From Vicugna vicugna (taxonomy: Eukaryota), in the NCBI GenBank assembly GCA_013265495.1, contig MU058584.1, positions 6,414,407-6,478,406 of the forward strand: 64,000 nt of DNA, read 5' to 3'. The notes beneath the pieces were generated by a model. That model was not told where the DNA came from, did not search any database, and saw only the letters and a program-made list of their open reading frames with translations. Within the stretch, counting starts at the first letter, position 1; each line of letters begins with the position of its first letter. The position numbers were made by a program, and so were the translations under genes. Positions 1-13,580 of this stretch are shown here, in pieces.

Positions 1-537
1 TGAATAAGCGTATTCTTGAAAATGCAAATAACATGGGGTTAAGGACTCTAGTTATTCACATTCTGCTCATATGAGCTATATCAGAATTAAATGAAATGTT
101 TGCCACACGATTCTTTGTAAACGGAGGAACTGAATTAAAAAAAAAAACACAACATATCAAAATTTGTGGAGTTCTGCTAAAGCAGTTCTTAAGGGAAAAT
201 TTACAGCACCAAACACTTATTTAGAAAAGCAAAAGTTTTAAATCAATTACCTCAATTTCTACCTTAAGAAATTAGGAAAAGAACAGCAAAGGAAACTCAA
301 AGTAAGCAAAAGAAATAAATGATAAATTATAAAGATTAGAACAGAAATCAACCAAGTAGAAAACTAATAGACAACAGAGAAATTCAATAAAACCAAAAGC
401 TCATTGTTTGAGAAAAACAGAATGATAAATCTCCAAGGAGAATGAGCAGAATGAAAGAGAAAAGATACAAATAACCAATATCATTAATTAGAGAAGGATA
501 TCCCTACAAAATCTACAGATATTAAAAGGATAATAAG

Positions 538-1131
538 TGTTGCAGGTCCCCACATTACCCTCCGTTTTGACGATTAGCATTAGAAAGACTCAAAGAACTC
601 AGAAAAGCTCCTACAGTCACAACCACAGTTTACTACAGTGAATACATATTAAAATCAGCAAAGGCAGAGTACACGTAGAAAGGCGTCCAGAAAGAATCAG
701 ATATCAGGGTAATTGTATGGAACAGCTCTTAATTCTTCCAGCAATAATGCATGACAACACATATGATGTATTGCCAACCAGGGAAGCTCATCTAAACCTT
801 GTTATCTAGGGTTCTTATTGGAAATCAGACCTAGAGGCATAGAACACCAACATCACCAACTTTATCTATCCAGTCTCCAGCCCCTCCAGAGTTCAAACTG
901 ATAAAGCATGGCCCGGAAATCCAGGTAAATAAAAATAAATCACATTGTTAGCATAAACTATCTGATAAGCAAAAAAGGCCCTAGGTATATAAAGACAATC
1001 TTATCATGAAGGATATTCCAAGAGCTTAGAGGTCCCCCCACCCCCCAGAGGCCAGTTAAGGGCCAGTTCTTTCTTTGGAATGTGCAGGGTTTGAGCATCA
1101 CAAACCCTCTGAGTTAACCCTTTACTGAACA
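538..1131. mobile_element. Solo LTR, MER21-like (ERVL class)
   Basis: TG...CA ends with exact 5-bp TSD ATAAG (533-537, 1132-1136); text resembles the recalled MER21 consensus. Confidence 0.8.
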
Positions 1132-1804
1132 ATAAGAATATTATGAACCACTTAATGCCAATATATTCAACAACTCACAAGAAACAAATATCTTGGAAGA
1201 AAAACTAGCAAACTCACTAAAGAAGAAATAGTCTAAATAGCACTATATCTATCAAAGAAATTAAATTTGTGGTTAAAAATTTCCCTACAGTGGAAACCCC
1301 AGAAGGCTTTACTGGTAAATTCTGCCAAGTATATAAGGAAGAATTAATACCAATGCTACCCAAGTCTTCTAGAAAACTGAAGAGAAGAAAATATCTCTCA
1401 CTTGGTGAAACCAGTATCACCCTGATCCCCAAATGAAACATTACACAAAACAAAACTATAGACCAGTATCTCTCAGGAACATACGTAAAAATTTTAACAC
1501 AATACTAGCCAATCAAATCCAACAATATATGAAAGCATAATAGATCATGTCTAAGTAGAGCTTATCCCAGGATGCAAGACAAATGTAACACTGGCCAACT
1601 GATCAATACAATTCACCATATCAACAATCTAAAAAAAAAAAAAAAGGCATATTATGACATAAATAGACCCAGAAAAAACATGCAAGAAAATCTGTTATCC
1701 GTTTCCAATAAAAGCTCTCAGAAAACTACGACTGGAAAGTAACTTCACCAACCTGATAAATGGCATCTACAAAAAAAAACAAAAAACAAAAAACCTAAAG
1801 CTAA

Positions 1805-2438
1805 TAATGCAGGAAAATGGATGTGGGGCATGAGGAGGGCCGAGTCCCAGGCTTCGGTTGAGCCCCTGGGATGCGCCCTGCCAAGTGTGGGTCCTTGGCT
1901 TCGCGCAGGGAAGAATTCAAGTGCGAGCCACCGTTGAGTTAAGGTAGATTTATTTAGAGAGATACATACTGCATAGAGTGTAAGGCAAGAGAAAGGTGAG
2001 GAAAGAGATGTGGGAATTGGGTGCTCAGGTTAAAGTAAAAGTAGGTTCACACTCCATGGACAGAGTACCATCTCCAAAGGGGAGAGAGAGCGCGCAAAGG
2101 GCCACTAGGTGTGTTGTTGTCACTTGTTATGGTCTCAGTAGCTTCACACGCCTACAGGTGGGATCAATCCAACTGCCCTGGGGAAGGGGCTGGGATTCCC
2201 AGGAACTGGGCCACCGCCCATTCTTTGGTCTTTTGCAGTTAGCCTTGGGGCTGTCATGGTGCCTGCGGGCATGTTATTTGATCACGCTGTTACAATGAGC
2301 GAGCACATAATGAAGCTCAAGTTCCAGTAGAAGTTAAACCTCCTAATCGTCAAGGCCAACTAGGGGGTGACTCTTCCACCACTTTGGTTGCTTTCATTCC
2401 TTGAGTGGCTGTGGCCTGCCCCCTTCCCTCCTGTCTCA
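1805..2438 (-). mobile_element. Solo LTR, ERV1-like, probably lineage-specific
   Basis: 4-bp TSD CTAA (1801-1804, 2439-2442); minus strand starts TGAGACAGGAGGG and contains AATAAA; CpG-retaining; homologous to the LTR at 34516-35159. Confidence 0.85.
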
Positions 2439-3084
2439 CTAACATTTTTAATGGTGAAAGATTTTATGCTTTTCCTTGAAATCAGAAACAAGACAGGGTA
2501 CCCAATCTCATTCTTCTATTCAGCATGATACTGGTGGGTCTAGCCAGTGCGATAAGGCATGAAAAGAAATAAAATGTATGCAGATTAGAAAGAAAGAAGT
2601 AAAACTATCTTTCGCAGACAACATGACCATCCATGCAGAACATCCAATGGAATCGACATTTAAGATGCTGCTATAACTATTAAGTGTATCTATCATGGTT
2701 GAACAACAAAGATAAATCAACTTTATTTCTATATACTGGACACAAAAAATTGAAAATTGAATAAAAATGCTATTTACAATAGCACCATGTTATTAACTAC
2801 TTAGGGATAAATCTGACAAGATGTGCAAGACCTATATATTGAAAATTATGGCATATTGCTGAGATGCTATTTTAAGGCCTTATAAAATATAAAATGGCAT
2901 CTTGATTCCTGTCAACCTATTGTTAACATTTTAAAATTTACTAACCCAAGAGTCCATGGCTGCAACTAGCAAAAAGTTAACAAATGGAGTTCATAGAAAT
3001 TCATACAAGAAAGGAATCTGAGTATATAAAATGTGGAGATGTTTCAACTCAATATTTAACTTTGAAAGCTTTCTTCTCTTAATA

Positions 3085-3680
3085 TTCATACAAGTGCTCA
3101 GTAGGCATCAAACACTGTTTTACACTCAGTAAATAAAGAATCCTCTGATCCTGTGGACCTATTACCTAACAGAGGGAAATAGGAAATAAACAAATGTAAA
3201 TAATTTAGGACTTATAATTAGTGCCATGAAAGTAATAAAGAACACAGAAATGGGGGAAAATCAGGGATGCTATTTTGATAGGGTAGGGTGGTCACTGAAA
3301 GTCTTAGTAGACATTCAGGTCAAAACCTGAAGCAGAAAGAGTCAGCCAGATTCGAGAAAGATCATTATAGTCAAATGGAACAGCATTTGGAGCACCTTGG
3401 CTAGGGCAGTGGGGAACAGGGGAGAGACTGGCATGTTCTAAAACCCTAAAGAAAGCCATTCTGGCTGGAGTGTAGGAAATGTGAAGTAAAGGGAAAGACC
3501 GCTTAACTGTCACATAAGAGGTAGGCAGGAGTCAGATGGTGCAGACTCGTATAAGAACTGGGATTTTATTCAGTGCAACAGGAAGCTGTTTTACAGTTTT
3601 AATCAGGCTACAGATATTAGATTTGTCTTTTTGAAAAGATTTCTCTGGCTACTCTGGTGGAGAATCAACTGGAGACAATC
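3085..3680 (-). mobile_element. Ancient LINE-2 fragment
   Basis: L2 3'-end-like text (attcatacaagtgctcagtaggcatcaaacactgttttaca...) followed by the purine-rich L2-like body. Confidence 0.6.
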
Positions 3681-5749
3681 TAATAGTCTAAGCTGTCACA
3701 GATGGTCCCCTTTTGCCACAAACACATAAAAATGCTGAACAATACATAGCATGTTTTTATTTAAAAGAAAAAAATACATCACATAACTTAAAAGAAAGCA
3801 AAAAGAGATGCAGAGAGCAAATCCAAGAAGGACTCTACCTTAAATAAGTGCTGGGGGTTAGGATTCCTATACACATTTGAAGATAAGATCACCAAAATGA
3901 AGTTCAGAGGGTGGAAAACATGGTCCACATAACAGAGGGTTATAAAAAAAACTCAGCCTACAGCTCTGGAAAGGCAGCAAGAAAGCCTGCTATCTGTGAG
4001 TTTTATACACATATACACATTTACACAAATCTATTATTTATTTATTCGTTCATTCATTCTTCTAAAGGGCCCCTACAGATACCTGAGGCCTAAAACATAT
4101 ATTGGGGGTGAGATCCAAATGTATATTACAAGTTGGAAAAAAATACTTTATATCTGGTTTAAAGTAAATGAAATTTCTAGGGATCAGCAAAACCAATCTG
4201 TAGAGACAGTCTCTCAATCTAAGGTAGAGAGGACTCTCTCAGAACAAAGAACTTTGAAGAAGATCAAATATGCATCATCTGAAGAAATCAGTCACTATGA
4301 GGGGGAGCCAATGCAAACAACAAAGAGCATATTTAGAAGCTCACAACTTGGAAATTATAATTTTACTTAGATGTTCTCTTTTACCATAATCTCGCTCACG
4401 CTTTCGTTCTCATTCAGGGTTAATGCAAAACCTTTTAAAATACGTAATTTCCATGTCTATTATGATTATTGATAATTCTTGAAATTCACCCGGTGTGAGC
4501 TAAAAAAAAAGTTTATGTATGAAACTTAACATGGAGCATACAAGGTGGTTCATTTATTTTAGATAGAACTAGATGGCTGGTGTCTGTAACTAAGAAACTG
4601 AATTAACTACCAGACTGGTACAAATCCCCATCTACTATTTCGGAGGCAGATAATCTGTATCTTCAATGTATTTAGCCTGTGTTCAAAAACTGGATTAATC
4701 TGTCTCCTCCGATCCTTTTCAATAGCATTTTAATTTTTAAACGTTAGGAAAAATGAGTCCACATTTAAAACGAAGCATTTGTGCGCACCTACATTTCAGA
4801 AATCGCTTTTAAGTTTATAAGCTTAAAAATTACAAGAATTCCAAACATCCTTCACCTTCTAATCACCTATTGAAGCTTGAAATACTCATTCCAACCCTTT
4901 TCTTGGCATAGTGTTTTATTTTCAGTCTACTCCTTTATTTCAACTTGTTTAAAAACACTGATATACTACAGCCAAAAGCCACACCTGGGATTTTTACATG
5001 TAAGCCAAAATAATTTGTTTTTAGAACGCAACCTAGTCAGACAAGAAACAAGAAAAATTAAATAACTGTTCTTTTTTAAATCACCCTGATTTATATGTAC
5101 TTTGACAATGTTTGCATCTTTTAACCTCCGAAATTTTGCTTAAATTGAGAAAACGGAAGCCCAAAAAAGTGTTCTAAGTAGTACCAGGACATGGACATCA
5201 GTTCTACAGGCAGAAGCCTAGGAAAAGTTTTCCCATTTCCCCAGTGCCCAGGTTTCAGATGGTCCTCTTTGAACATAAAAGCAGATGAGAGATCATTTTC
5301 AAAGAGGGACTGAGACATCCCTTAGGTTACAGATCAGCGAAAATCAGGCACAAAACATCAAGGAGACACCCCACAACCTACAGAAGTCTGGGAGGCATTG
5401 AGGCCTTTGGAAACTTAGCTACACTGTTAAACGTGTCTGTTCCCTTTCCACTAGCATTCTCCAGTCCTCTGATTTTTTTTTTTAATAACTAAAAGCCTAA
5501 ATCTGAATATTCATGAGTCAATCTGCAGGTTGATTTCAGTGCAGTTTTGGAAGAAACCCCTACTAGCCACGCAGCAAACCCCTCCAGGGCCGCCCCAGTA
5601 AATCAACAGTCTCAAGAGGCAGGTACATCCTCCCTTCTCCACCACCTACTCGTAGCCACTTCCTCACTGCCTGTTTATCCCCACCCTTTATTCCCAGGGC
5701 TGTTTCTCCCTTTATCCCGTGAAGCGATAACCCAACGAGCATAGGAGAC

Positions 5750-6200
5750 AGGGAGAGAGAGTAGAGCCAGGGGAGGGGAGATGAGTGTCTGCGCGGCCGA
5801 GCCTTCCCCAGGAAGCTTGTCCGGCACTGCTGGAGACAGCCGCGAGGGCAGCCGGGGCCTGCGGCAGGGCAGAAGGGGCCTGGTGGCCAGGGCTCGGCGC
5901 GCTGATTGGCTGCTCAGCCGCGGCCGGGGAGAACCCGGATGTGCCTGGCCCGCCGTGTTGGCAGTCGGGGCTCCGAGGGTTTGGGTGTTCTCGGCGTGCA
6001 GGCAGCCGGGACTGATGGCGCGCGGTTGGGCCGGCTTCTCTGAGGAGGAGCTGAGGCGACTGAAGCAGACGAAAGGTAAAGGGACGTGTGTGCTGAGGAC
6101 ACGGCTGTTCATTCTCGGGTCTGTTAAGGGAAAGGGGCGGGACTGCAGTTTTTAAGGGGGAAGGGGGCGTGTTAGAGGAAGGAGCGCTAAGTAAGTGGGA
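5750..6200 (+). promoter_or_regulatory. CpG-island promoter of GORAB
   Basis: Abrupt GC/CpG-rich segment in AT-rich surroundings, spanning exon 1; inverted CCAAT box (CTGATTGGCT, ATTGG at 5905-5909); GC boxes near 6134-6170. Confidence 0.85.
6015..6075 (+). CDS. GORAB: GORAB coding exon 1 (MARGWAGFSEEELRRLKQTK + G)
   Basis: ATG at 6015 inside the CpG island; peptide matches the recalled GORAB N-terminus (human MAQGWAGFSEEELRRLKQTK); donor AAAG|GTAAAG after 6075, phase 1. Confidence 0.95.
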
Positions 6201-7819
6201 GGACTGGATTGAGGGGGCTCCAGCGGTGGATGTTCTGCAGCCACGATGGGGGTGGGGGCTGGGGGAACGATTCCAGAGTTCGGGAATCTATTTCAGGGAT
6301 TTGACTTTTTCCTGTGAAAGAAATGGGACTTGGGAGAGGAGGAGAACCTGTAGGAGAATTGCTGCACAGATCAGTGTTGGAGGGTTGAGGCCAGGATAGG
6401 AAGGAGGAGGGTCCCGCACCGTGTTAGAATTGTGATGAATTTATAGAGGCAGACTGTGATTGGGAGAAAGCGAGCACAGGGGTCTGAATAAACGCAAAAA
6501 GTCGGTCATCTGGAGCCTTGCATTCACTTCTGGTTGCCAGATGATGTTTATGGTTCTTTGTAGCTCTTGAGAGGCAGCAAAACCAAAAGGGCCTTTGAGA
6601 GGTTAGATGTGAAATAGCTAGCTGTCTACTGACTTAGGTGTAAGCTAAAATTTTGTGCTTCCTTCTCCAGCTTTGTAGCATCATCATTGAGTGGACTTGC
6701 ACTCTTTTGTTATCTTTTAGTGAAGGAATTAAGTTTGCTGATATTTAATGAGAAACTCGGGGTAATGTAAGCTGGGCTTTTTTTGTGGTTGAAATTTCAT
6801 CAAGTTCTGTATGGTGATCTTGGTAGTGCACACCACTTCTGTAAGCTTACACCACTCTTGGTACCTACCATAACTTAAACACTCCGGAAGAAAATTAACT
6901 AAGCCTTGTCATGCCTTTTTATTAGAGTTTGTGAGAAAATTGGGGTGTTGCTCAGGTAAGCTTGTGCGTTTTTAGCTTGGTTCTGAAAATAACCCAGGGC
7001 TGACAAGTGCAAAAGGAAGTAAATTTGTAACATAAGGTCAGTGTAGCTTATATAGATTGAGGAAATTTTGACTAGTCCAAAGGCCTTTAAAAACTGTATC
7101 ATTAAAGTTATACTACAGTGCGTAATTAACTGACAGTTATATATTCAGATATATAGAGTGTTAGTACCCTTGTTTCTTGTCTGACCGGAACTTACAGGTA
7201 TCAACTTCTGCATTAGGGATGCTAATATGAACAGGGCATCATCCCTGTCCTCAAAGAGCTTATAGTCTAATGAGGAGACAAACTATAATATAACATAATA
7301 GTAGATGTTGTACGAGAGTTTGCTACACAGTTAGCAGGAGCCTTGCTGTGCTGGGGGTTGGATGGAGCTTGGCAAGATTTCATGCAGATAATGTATTAGC
7401 AGAGATGAGTTTACCGGGGGGGGGGGGAGTAGAGAGGGAGTGGAAGGACTTTAACTTCCAGACCTATCATTTCAATGAGGTGTTGAGAGCACCGACACCG
7501 ACTGACTAGTCGTTGACCACCTTGAGGACAGAGAGAACTCCTCAGCATCTTTGTATTCTCAGAACCAAACACAGTGATCGGTATATTGTAGATCTCCCAG
7601 TTCTGCCTCTAAATCTTTTTGCCTTGGGTTTCTCATTTGTAAAACTAAAAGAGCTGGGTCTTTCATTTTTAAGACTCCTTCCAGCTGTTCTCCAGCCTTA
7701 AAAAATATAGTTAAATAATTTATGAAGATGGAGTTAGTTGCCAGCAAAAATAAGGACAACATTACTCTGGAGAAATCCGTGTAAGTGTTAGGGAAGGTCA
7801 GAAATGTTCTTAATACTCT

Positions 7820-8180
7820 TTTTATATTGTTTATACTATTAGAAAGCTGGAAACAACCCAAGTGTTCATTAACAAGGGAGTAGATAAATAAATTGTGGTA
7901 TAATCATCCAGTGGGCTACTATACAACTAGTGGGAATATATGAACTGTAGTCACATGTATTAGCATGTATATATTTCATAAACTTAATATATAAAAAGAG
8001 CAAATTGTAGAATAATATATACAGTCTGATACCACTATAGAAGGCCAAAATCATACAAAGCTGATATATTCTTTCAGTATTATAGGAAATATATGAAGAA
8101 AATCAGAAAAATGAAATACAAAATTCAAGGTGGTGGGAAGGCAAGGGAATATGATCAGGAAGGGGCAAATATATAGGGAC
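7820..8180 (+). mobile_element. Old L1 (L1M-type) 3' fragment in intron 1
   Basis: ctggaaacaacccaagtgttcattaacaagggagtagataaataaattgtggtata is typical L1 3' text. Confidence 0.65.
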
Positions 8181-9199
8181 TTCCAGAGGTATTGGTAATT
8201 ATGAATTCAGGTTAAGTCAAGTTAAGCTGCAGTAACACATAACCCTAAAATATCACTTGTTTAAAATGATGAAGATTGGTTTTTCACTCTAGTTTCATGT
8301 CTAACCTGGGTTGATAGGACATTCTGCTCCACATAGTCACTACTATAATCATGTTTTATTTGTTAAACAGTGTTATTTTTTATAATTCATACAGGTTGGA
8401 CATGTATATATGACAGATACATCTTATTTAATGTGTGATTTATTTCATAGTGAAAAAATTGGAAATAAGAAAATTAGTGCAGCTACAATGCTGTCAATTT
8501 CTAATTAATGAAAAAATGAGTTCTTCATTCTTGATACTAGTTCTTTGCTAGTTATATTATGAATATCTTCTTACAGTGTGTAACTTATCTTTTAACATTT
8601 ATCTTTTGATGAAAGTATTTAATTTTAATATGGGCAAATTTGTCAGTCCTTCTTGTGTAGTCAACATTCTCTTTGTCTTAAGAAATTAGTGCCCTACCAT
8701 GAGCTCTAAAAGATATTAATCCCTATTTTCAATGAGTTTTTAAAAATCATTTTTATTATAAGCTATAACAGATTCAAAACAGGGCATAAAGAAATATGTT
8801 TCTAATGAGTTTTAAAGTGGTAATATGACATTTAAGTCCTTAATCCATTTGGAGAGTATTTTGTTTGTTTTTGGTGCGAGGAATAGATCTATATTCATAT
8901 AAAGTTAAATCAACTAAATATAAAATTTTAAACAAATGTCTGTAGATGCACAGTATGACATAAAAAGCAAAGGAAGGAAATGATCAACGCATGATCCAAT
9001 TGCTGGCTGTCTTGGGTGGAGAAATCAGGGCTTAACTAAAGGATATAGAGCAAAGATCACACTTAGAGCCTGTTTGCTTAATTTAACCCAAAAGAGTATT
9101 GTCTTGTCTTTTTTTTTTTTTTTGATTATCTGTTCTTTAAAGTTCTTTTTAAATTAATAGCGGTGATAATCATTAATGCTGTTTACCAGATACTTCTAG

Positions 9200-9542
9200 T
9201 TCACTTCTCTTACCCATATGTTCCTGTAGCCCTTGTTTCTGGGTCAGACCAAGTGCTAGTTCAGCTTGAATTGTGAACAGAAGTGTTATGTCACTGCTGA
9301 GTCAGAGCAATTAATTCGTGAACCAAGACCCTCCTGAGCCCTCTTGTCCCCTGCCGTGGGGGCTAGCAGCACGGAACGGCTGTATAGTCAGCCTGAAGCC
9401 CAGAGACTGATCAGCAGAAACTCCCTGCTGGCCTTCAGTTGGCACATGGCATTAATGAGAAATAAACCTTTGTTGTTTTAAACTGCAAAGATTCCAGCTT
9501 TCTTTGCCCCTACAGCATAACCCAGATTTACTTGATTGATAT
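9200..9542 (+). mobile_element. MaLR (MLT1-type) LTR relic
   Basis: Ends in gagaaataaacctttgttgttttaaactg...cagcataaccc...ttgattgata, the MLT1 3' pattern. Confidence 0.6.
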
Positions 9543-9774
9543 AGTTCCCTATATTTTATATAAAAATCTGAATTTTTGTGGTGAAATATCAAAATGTCTG
9601 ATAACACTGACCTAAATTTTTTAATGACAGCTGCTGTTTTTTAATCGCTGGAGGTGGCTACGGACTGCCTCCTTTAAACTAGACTTGTGCTCCAGGTTTA
9701 CCATAGTCTTCGTTGATACTTGCAACCACCAGTGTAAGTGTGTAAAACAGTATGTTCCATTTTTTCCCCCAGTG

Positions 9775-11815
9775 CTTTTAGAGCAGTTTTAGGTTCATGG
9801 CAAAATTGAGAGGAAGATACAGAGATTTCCCATATACTCCCTGCCCCCACACATACATAGCCACCCCCATTATCAACATCTCCCACCAGAGTGGCACATT
9901 TGTTGTAACTGAAGAACCTGCATTGACCCGTCTTGATCACCCAACCCCATAGTTTACATTAGGGTTCAATCTTGGTGTCCTGCATTCTGTGGGTTTGGAC
10001 AAATGCTTAATGTCATGTATCCATCATCATAGTATACAGAGTATTTTCACTGCCCTAAACATGCTCTTTTCTCTGACCATTCATCCCTCCTCTCTCCCCA
10101 ACCTTTAGTAACCACGGATTTTTTTTTTCACTATCTCCATAGTTTTGCCTTTTCCAGAATGTCATATAGTTTGAATCATACAGTATGTAGCCTTACCAGA
10201 TATCTTTCCCCACTGAGTAATATGCAGTTAAGGTTCGTCTATCCTCTACATGACTTGAAAGCTCATTTATTTTTAGCACTGAATAATATTTCATTGTCGG
10301 TATGTACTACAGTTTATCAGTTTACCTACTGAAGGACATCTTGGTTGCTTCCAGGTTTTGACAGTTATGAATAAAGCTTCTATAAACATCCATGTTCAGG
10401 TTTTTGTGTGGACATTAGTTTTCATCTCCTTTGACTTGATACTAAGGATCATGACTGCTGGATTGTATGGTAAGAATATGTTTAGTTTTGTGAGAAACCA
10501 CCAAACTGTCTTCCAAAGTAGCTGTACCATTTTGCACTTCCAGAAATGAATGGGAATTCTGTTGCTTCACATCCTAACCATCATTTTGTGTTTCCAGCAT
10601 TACAGATGTTTGGCCATTTTAATAGTTGTGTAGTGGTATCTTGTTCTAATTTGGACTTCCCTGATAGCATATTATTGAGAATCTTTTCATATGAATATTT
10701 GCTATCTGTACATAGTCTTTGGTGGCTAGAAAACTGTCAAGGTCTTTGACCCAGTTTTTAATCGGGTTGTTTTCTTACTGTTGAGTTTTAAGAGTTCTTT
10801 GTGTATTTTAGATAATAGTCCTTTATTAGCCGAGTCTGTTGCAGATGTTTCTCCCAGTCTGTGTCTTCTCCCCTAGATGTTGTCTTCTACAGAACAGAAG
10901 TTTTTAATTTTAATGAAGTTCAGTTTACCAGTTATCTCTTTATTATGGATAGTCCCTTTTGGTGTTGTATGGGGAAAGTCATTGCTATGCCAGAGGTCAT
11001 CTGGCAGTTTTGTTATCTTTTAGGAGTGATCTTCTAGGAGTTTTGTAATTTGGGGTTTTGCATTTAGGGCTGTGATCCATTTTGAGTTAATTTTTGTGAA
11101 AGGTGTAAGGTCTGTGTCAGCGTTCATTTTTTTTGCATGAGGATGTCCAGTTTCAGCACCATTTGTTGAAAAGAATATTATATTTTTGTTCCATTGCTCC
11201 CTTGTCAAAGATCAGTTAACTGTATTAATGTGGGTCTATTTCTGGGCTCTCTGCTCTGTTCCATTGACCAGTCTGTCCATTCTTTTGCTTATACCCACTG
11301 TCTTGATTACTGTAGTTTCATAGTAAGTATTGAAGTCAAGTAGTGCCAGACCTTTGTTCTTGAATATTGTGTTGGCTATTTTCGGTCTTTTGCCTCTTTG
11401 TATAAACTTGAGAATCAGTTTGTCAGTATCTGCAAAATAACCTGCTGGGATTTTGATTGGGATTGCAGTAAATCTGTAGATCAGGTTAGAATGAACAGAC
11501 ATCTGGACAATACTGAGTCTTCTTATCCATGAACATGGAATATCTCTCCATTCATTTAGTTCCTTGATTTCATTCATCAGTTAGTTTCCCTCATAGATCT
11601 TGTACATATTTGCTTAGGTTTATACCTAAGTATGTATTTCTTTTTTTTTTTTTTTTTTGAATACTAATATAAATGTAATAATGTTATTGTGTTTTTATAT
11701 CAAATTCCACTTGTTCATTGCTGGTACATTGGAAAGTGATTGACTTTTCTATATTAATCTTGTATTCTGCAACTTTGCTATAATGATTTATTAGTTCCAG
11801 AAGTTTTTTGTCATA
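9775..11815 (-). mobile_element. LINE-1 3' region (L1MC1-like), antisense in intron 1
   Basis: Minus-strand ORFs 11236..11577 (WRDIPCSWIRRLSIVQMS...IPIKIP) and 11020..11208 (LTPFTKINSKWI) are L1 ORF2 C-terminal peptides; recognisable L1MC-type 3' UTR. Confidence 0.9.
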
Positions 11816-12124
11816 TGTTCAATTTTTAAGTGGCCTGATTTGTTGTTTGGGAGTAAAAATTAGCATTTTAGTTTCTATGAAAATGCAAAATAAAATGGAA
11901 GCTGTATTACTGACTTTCAGAGGTATATTAGTAATTTAGTTAATGAGTAACTGGGAGGTAGGAGGCTCAATGACATTTTTCTATGGTGTAAATAAAGATC
12001 AGCCAAGAATAAGTTCCTGATGCAAGATAAAGAACACTACTTTGTGTTTCTGGCTGATGTCAACAGTAATAATATTTTACTTTTCACTATATGTCTGTCT
12101 TTTAAAAATATTTTATTTACATAT

Positions 12125-12250
12125 CTCTTTTAATTCTTACACCAAATCTGTAAGTTAAATAGAGTAGGTAAATTTTCAACCAGTCTGACAGATGAAGAAA
12201 CTGAGGTATAAAATAATTAATTGACTTGCCTAAGGTTACTGAGCGGAACA
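12125..12250 (-). mobile_element. MIR SINE fragment
   Basis: MIR core acagatgaagaaactgagg...ttgacttgcctaagg. Confidence 0.6.
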
Positions 12251-13231
12251 AAAGCAACACCAGAACTGTGGCTTGAGAGCTTTTAACTCTCCTTTGGGAA
12301 ATTTAAATAGTAAGCTTGTGTTATTTCAAAGGTCAATATGCAGGATTTATAGGCCCTGTTTGAGTTCATTTACAAGGACTTATCAGTTTCCTTCCGCAGT
12401 ATTTTGCGAATAATACCACTTACAGATCGTATTAAATGTAGCGTGAATATCAATCAAATTCTCCCGTTATCTATCCTACAAGATTGACACTGGTATGGAC
12501 AATCCAAAAAGTACAATTGAAGTATCATCATTTAGTTCATAATGCTTTTAAAAAAAATTTCTCCCAGTTGTTTTATCTTCCTCTGTTGCTTTGCTCAGGC
12601 TGCTGTTAAAGTGAGCTCACATACATTGATTAAAGGCTAACTAGACTTTGGGGACACAACCTTAGACTATCTGGAAGATGAAAGAAAACAACTTAGGGTT
12701 AACTAGCATTCCTAAAATTAACAGGCTTCATTCAGTTATACTTTGTGTGTAATGTCTACCTATGTATCAGATGACCCTAAGATCTGTTAAAATTTGAGAA
12801 ATTGAAGCCCATTTGAAAACTCAATTACTGTTTTATTTCAGAAGAGCAAACAGAGCCATAAATGAAATTTAAGACATATCAGAGAGTTCATTTCTCTACC
12901 TCCTTCGGTCATGTTAGTTGATTCTTTTGACAGCACATCAGGTTGAAACCTTGCATTATATTCTGAGGCCTTACAAACAGATGGACTTCCTTGAAGATAA
13001 ATTGAGAGCTGGGATAGTTTTTGTTAAATATTAACAGTACGATTGGAGAACTGTCAAAATTCTGCAGGAAGCTGGCAGTTTTTTCCCTGGGCTTTTAAGA
13101 TATGGAAGGGGAGACGGGGACCCTGTGGAATAATTATCAAAGTTTAATGTTAATGCTTTATTTTCTTAAGGAAATTATAATTATTTGTTGCGCACACAAA
13201 GGAATTTTCCTCCATTTTGTTTTATATATAG

Positions 13232-13580
13232 ATCCTTTTGAACCACAGCGGCATCTGCCTGTGAAGAAAAGTCCACAACAACTTCAGCGAGAAAAAGCCC
13301 TTCAAGAGCAAAGTCAAAAACTTGGACTTCAAGATGGGTCAACCTCATTACCTCCAGGGCAGCTGCTTTCTGCACCAAAACAAAGATTTAACACTCAAAA
13401 ACCACATTCTTCGCCCCCTGCTCCCCTTACACTCTCCTCTCCTGTTGGTGATGGAAAACCACAGGGTACTGAAAGTCAACCAAGGGAACTGGGACTTGAG
13501 AATTCCCATGATGGTCACAAAAATGCTGAGGTTCTGCCTCCAAAATCAGATTGCAAGTTGGAAAAAAAGAAAGTGGAATT
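13232..13580 (+). CDS. GORAB: GORAB coding exon 2 ([10 protein letters not shown]...KLEKKKVEL)
   Basis: Pyrimidine tract and TAG acceptor ending 13231; G+AT makes Asp of DPFEPQR; lies in ORF 13102..13698; the in-frame donor is TT|GTTAGT at 13581; 349 nt. Confidence 0.95.

Larger units (their letters stand above)
147..2870 (+). mobile_element. Degenerate LINE-1 ORF2 fragment interrupted by two solo LTRs
   Basis: A-rich L1 ORF2-like text (ctaaagcagttcttaagggaaaatttacagc; aaactatagaccagtatctctc; aaactatctttcgcagacaacatga) that resumes in register after each LTR. Confidence 0.85.

Noticed and set aside
5781..6014. In-frame ATG at 5781 that would add 78 aa to GORAB
   Set aside because: It lies upstream of the CCAAT box and probably of the TSS; stop-free frames are expected in CpG islands.
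5675..6112. 145-aa antisense ORF over the promoter
   Set aside because: Pro/Arg/Ala-rich product of GC-rich DNA with no recognisable domain. A non-coding divergent transcript is possible but not demonstrable here.
7416..7427. G12 homopolymer in intron 1
   Set aside because: Isolated run inside an old repeat-like segment, with no support for function.
13102..13231. ATG at 13102 opening a 198-aa ORF through exon 2
   Set aside because: The 5' part is intronic and includes the polypyrimidine tract; exon 1 splices in frame at 13232.
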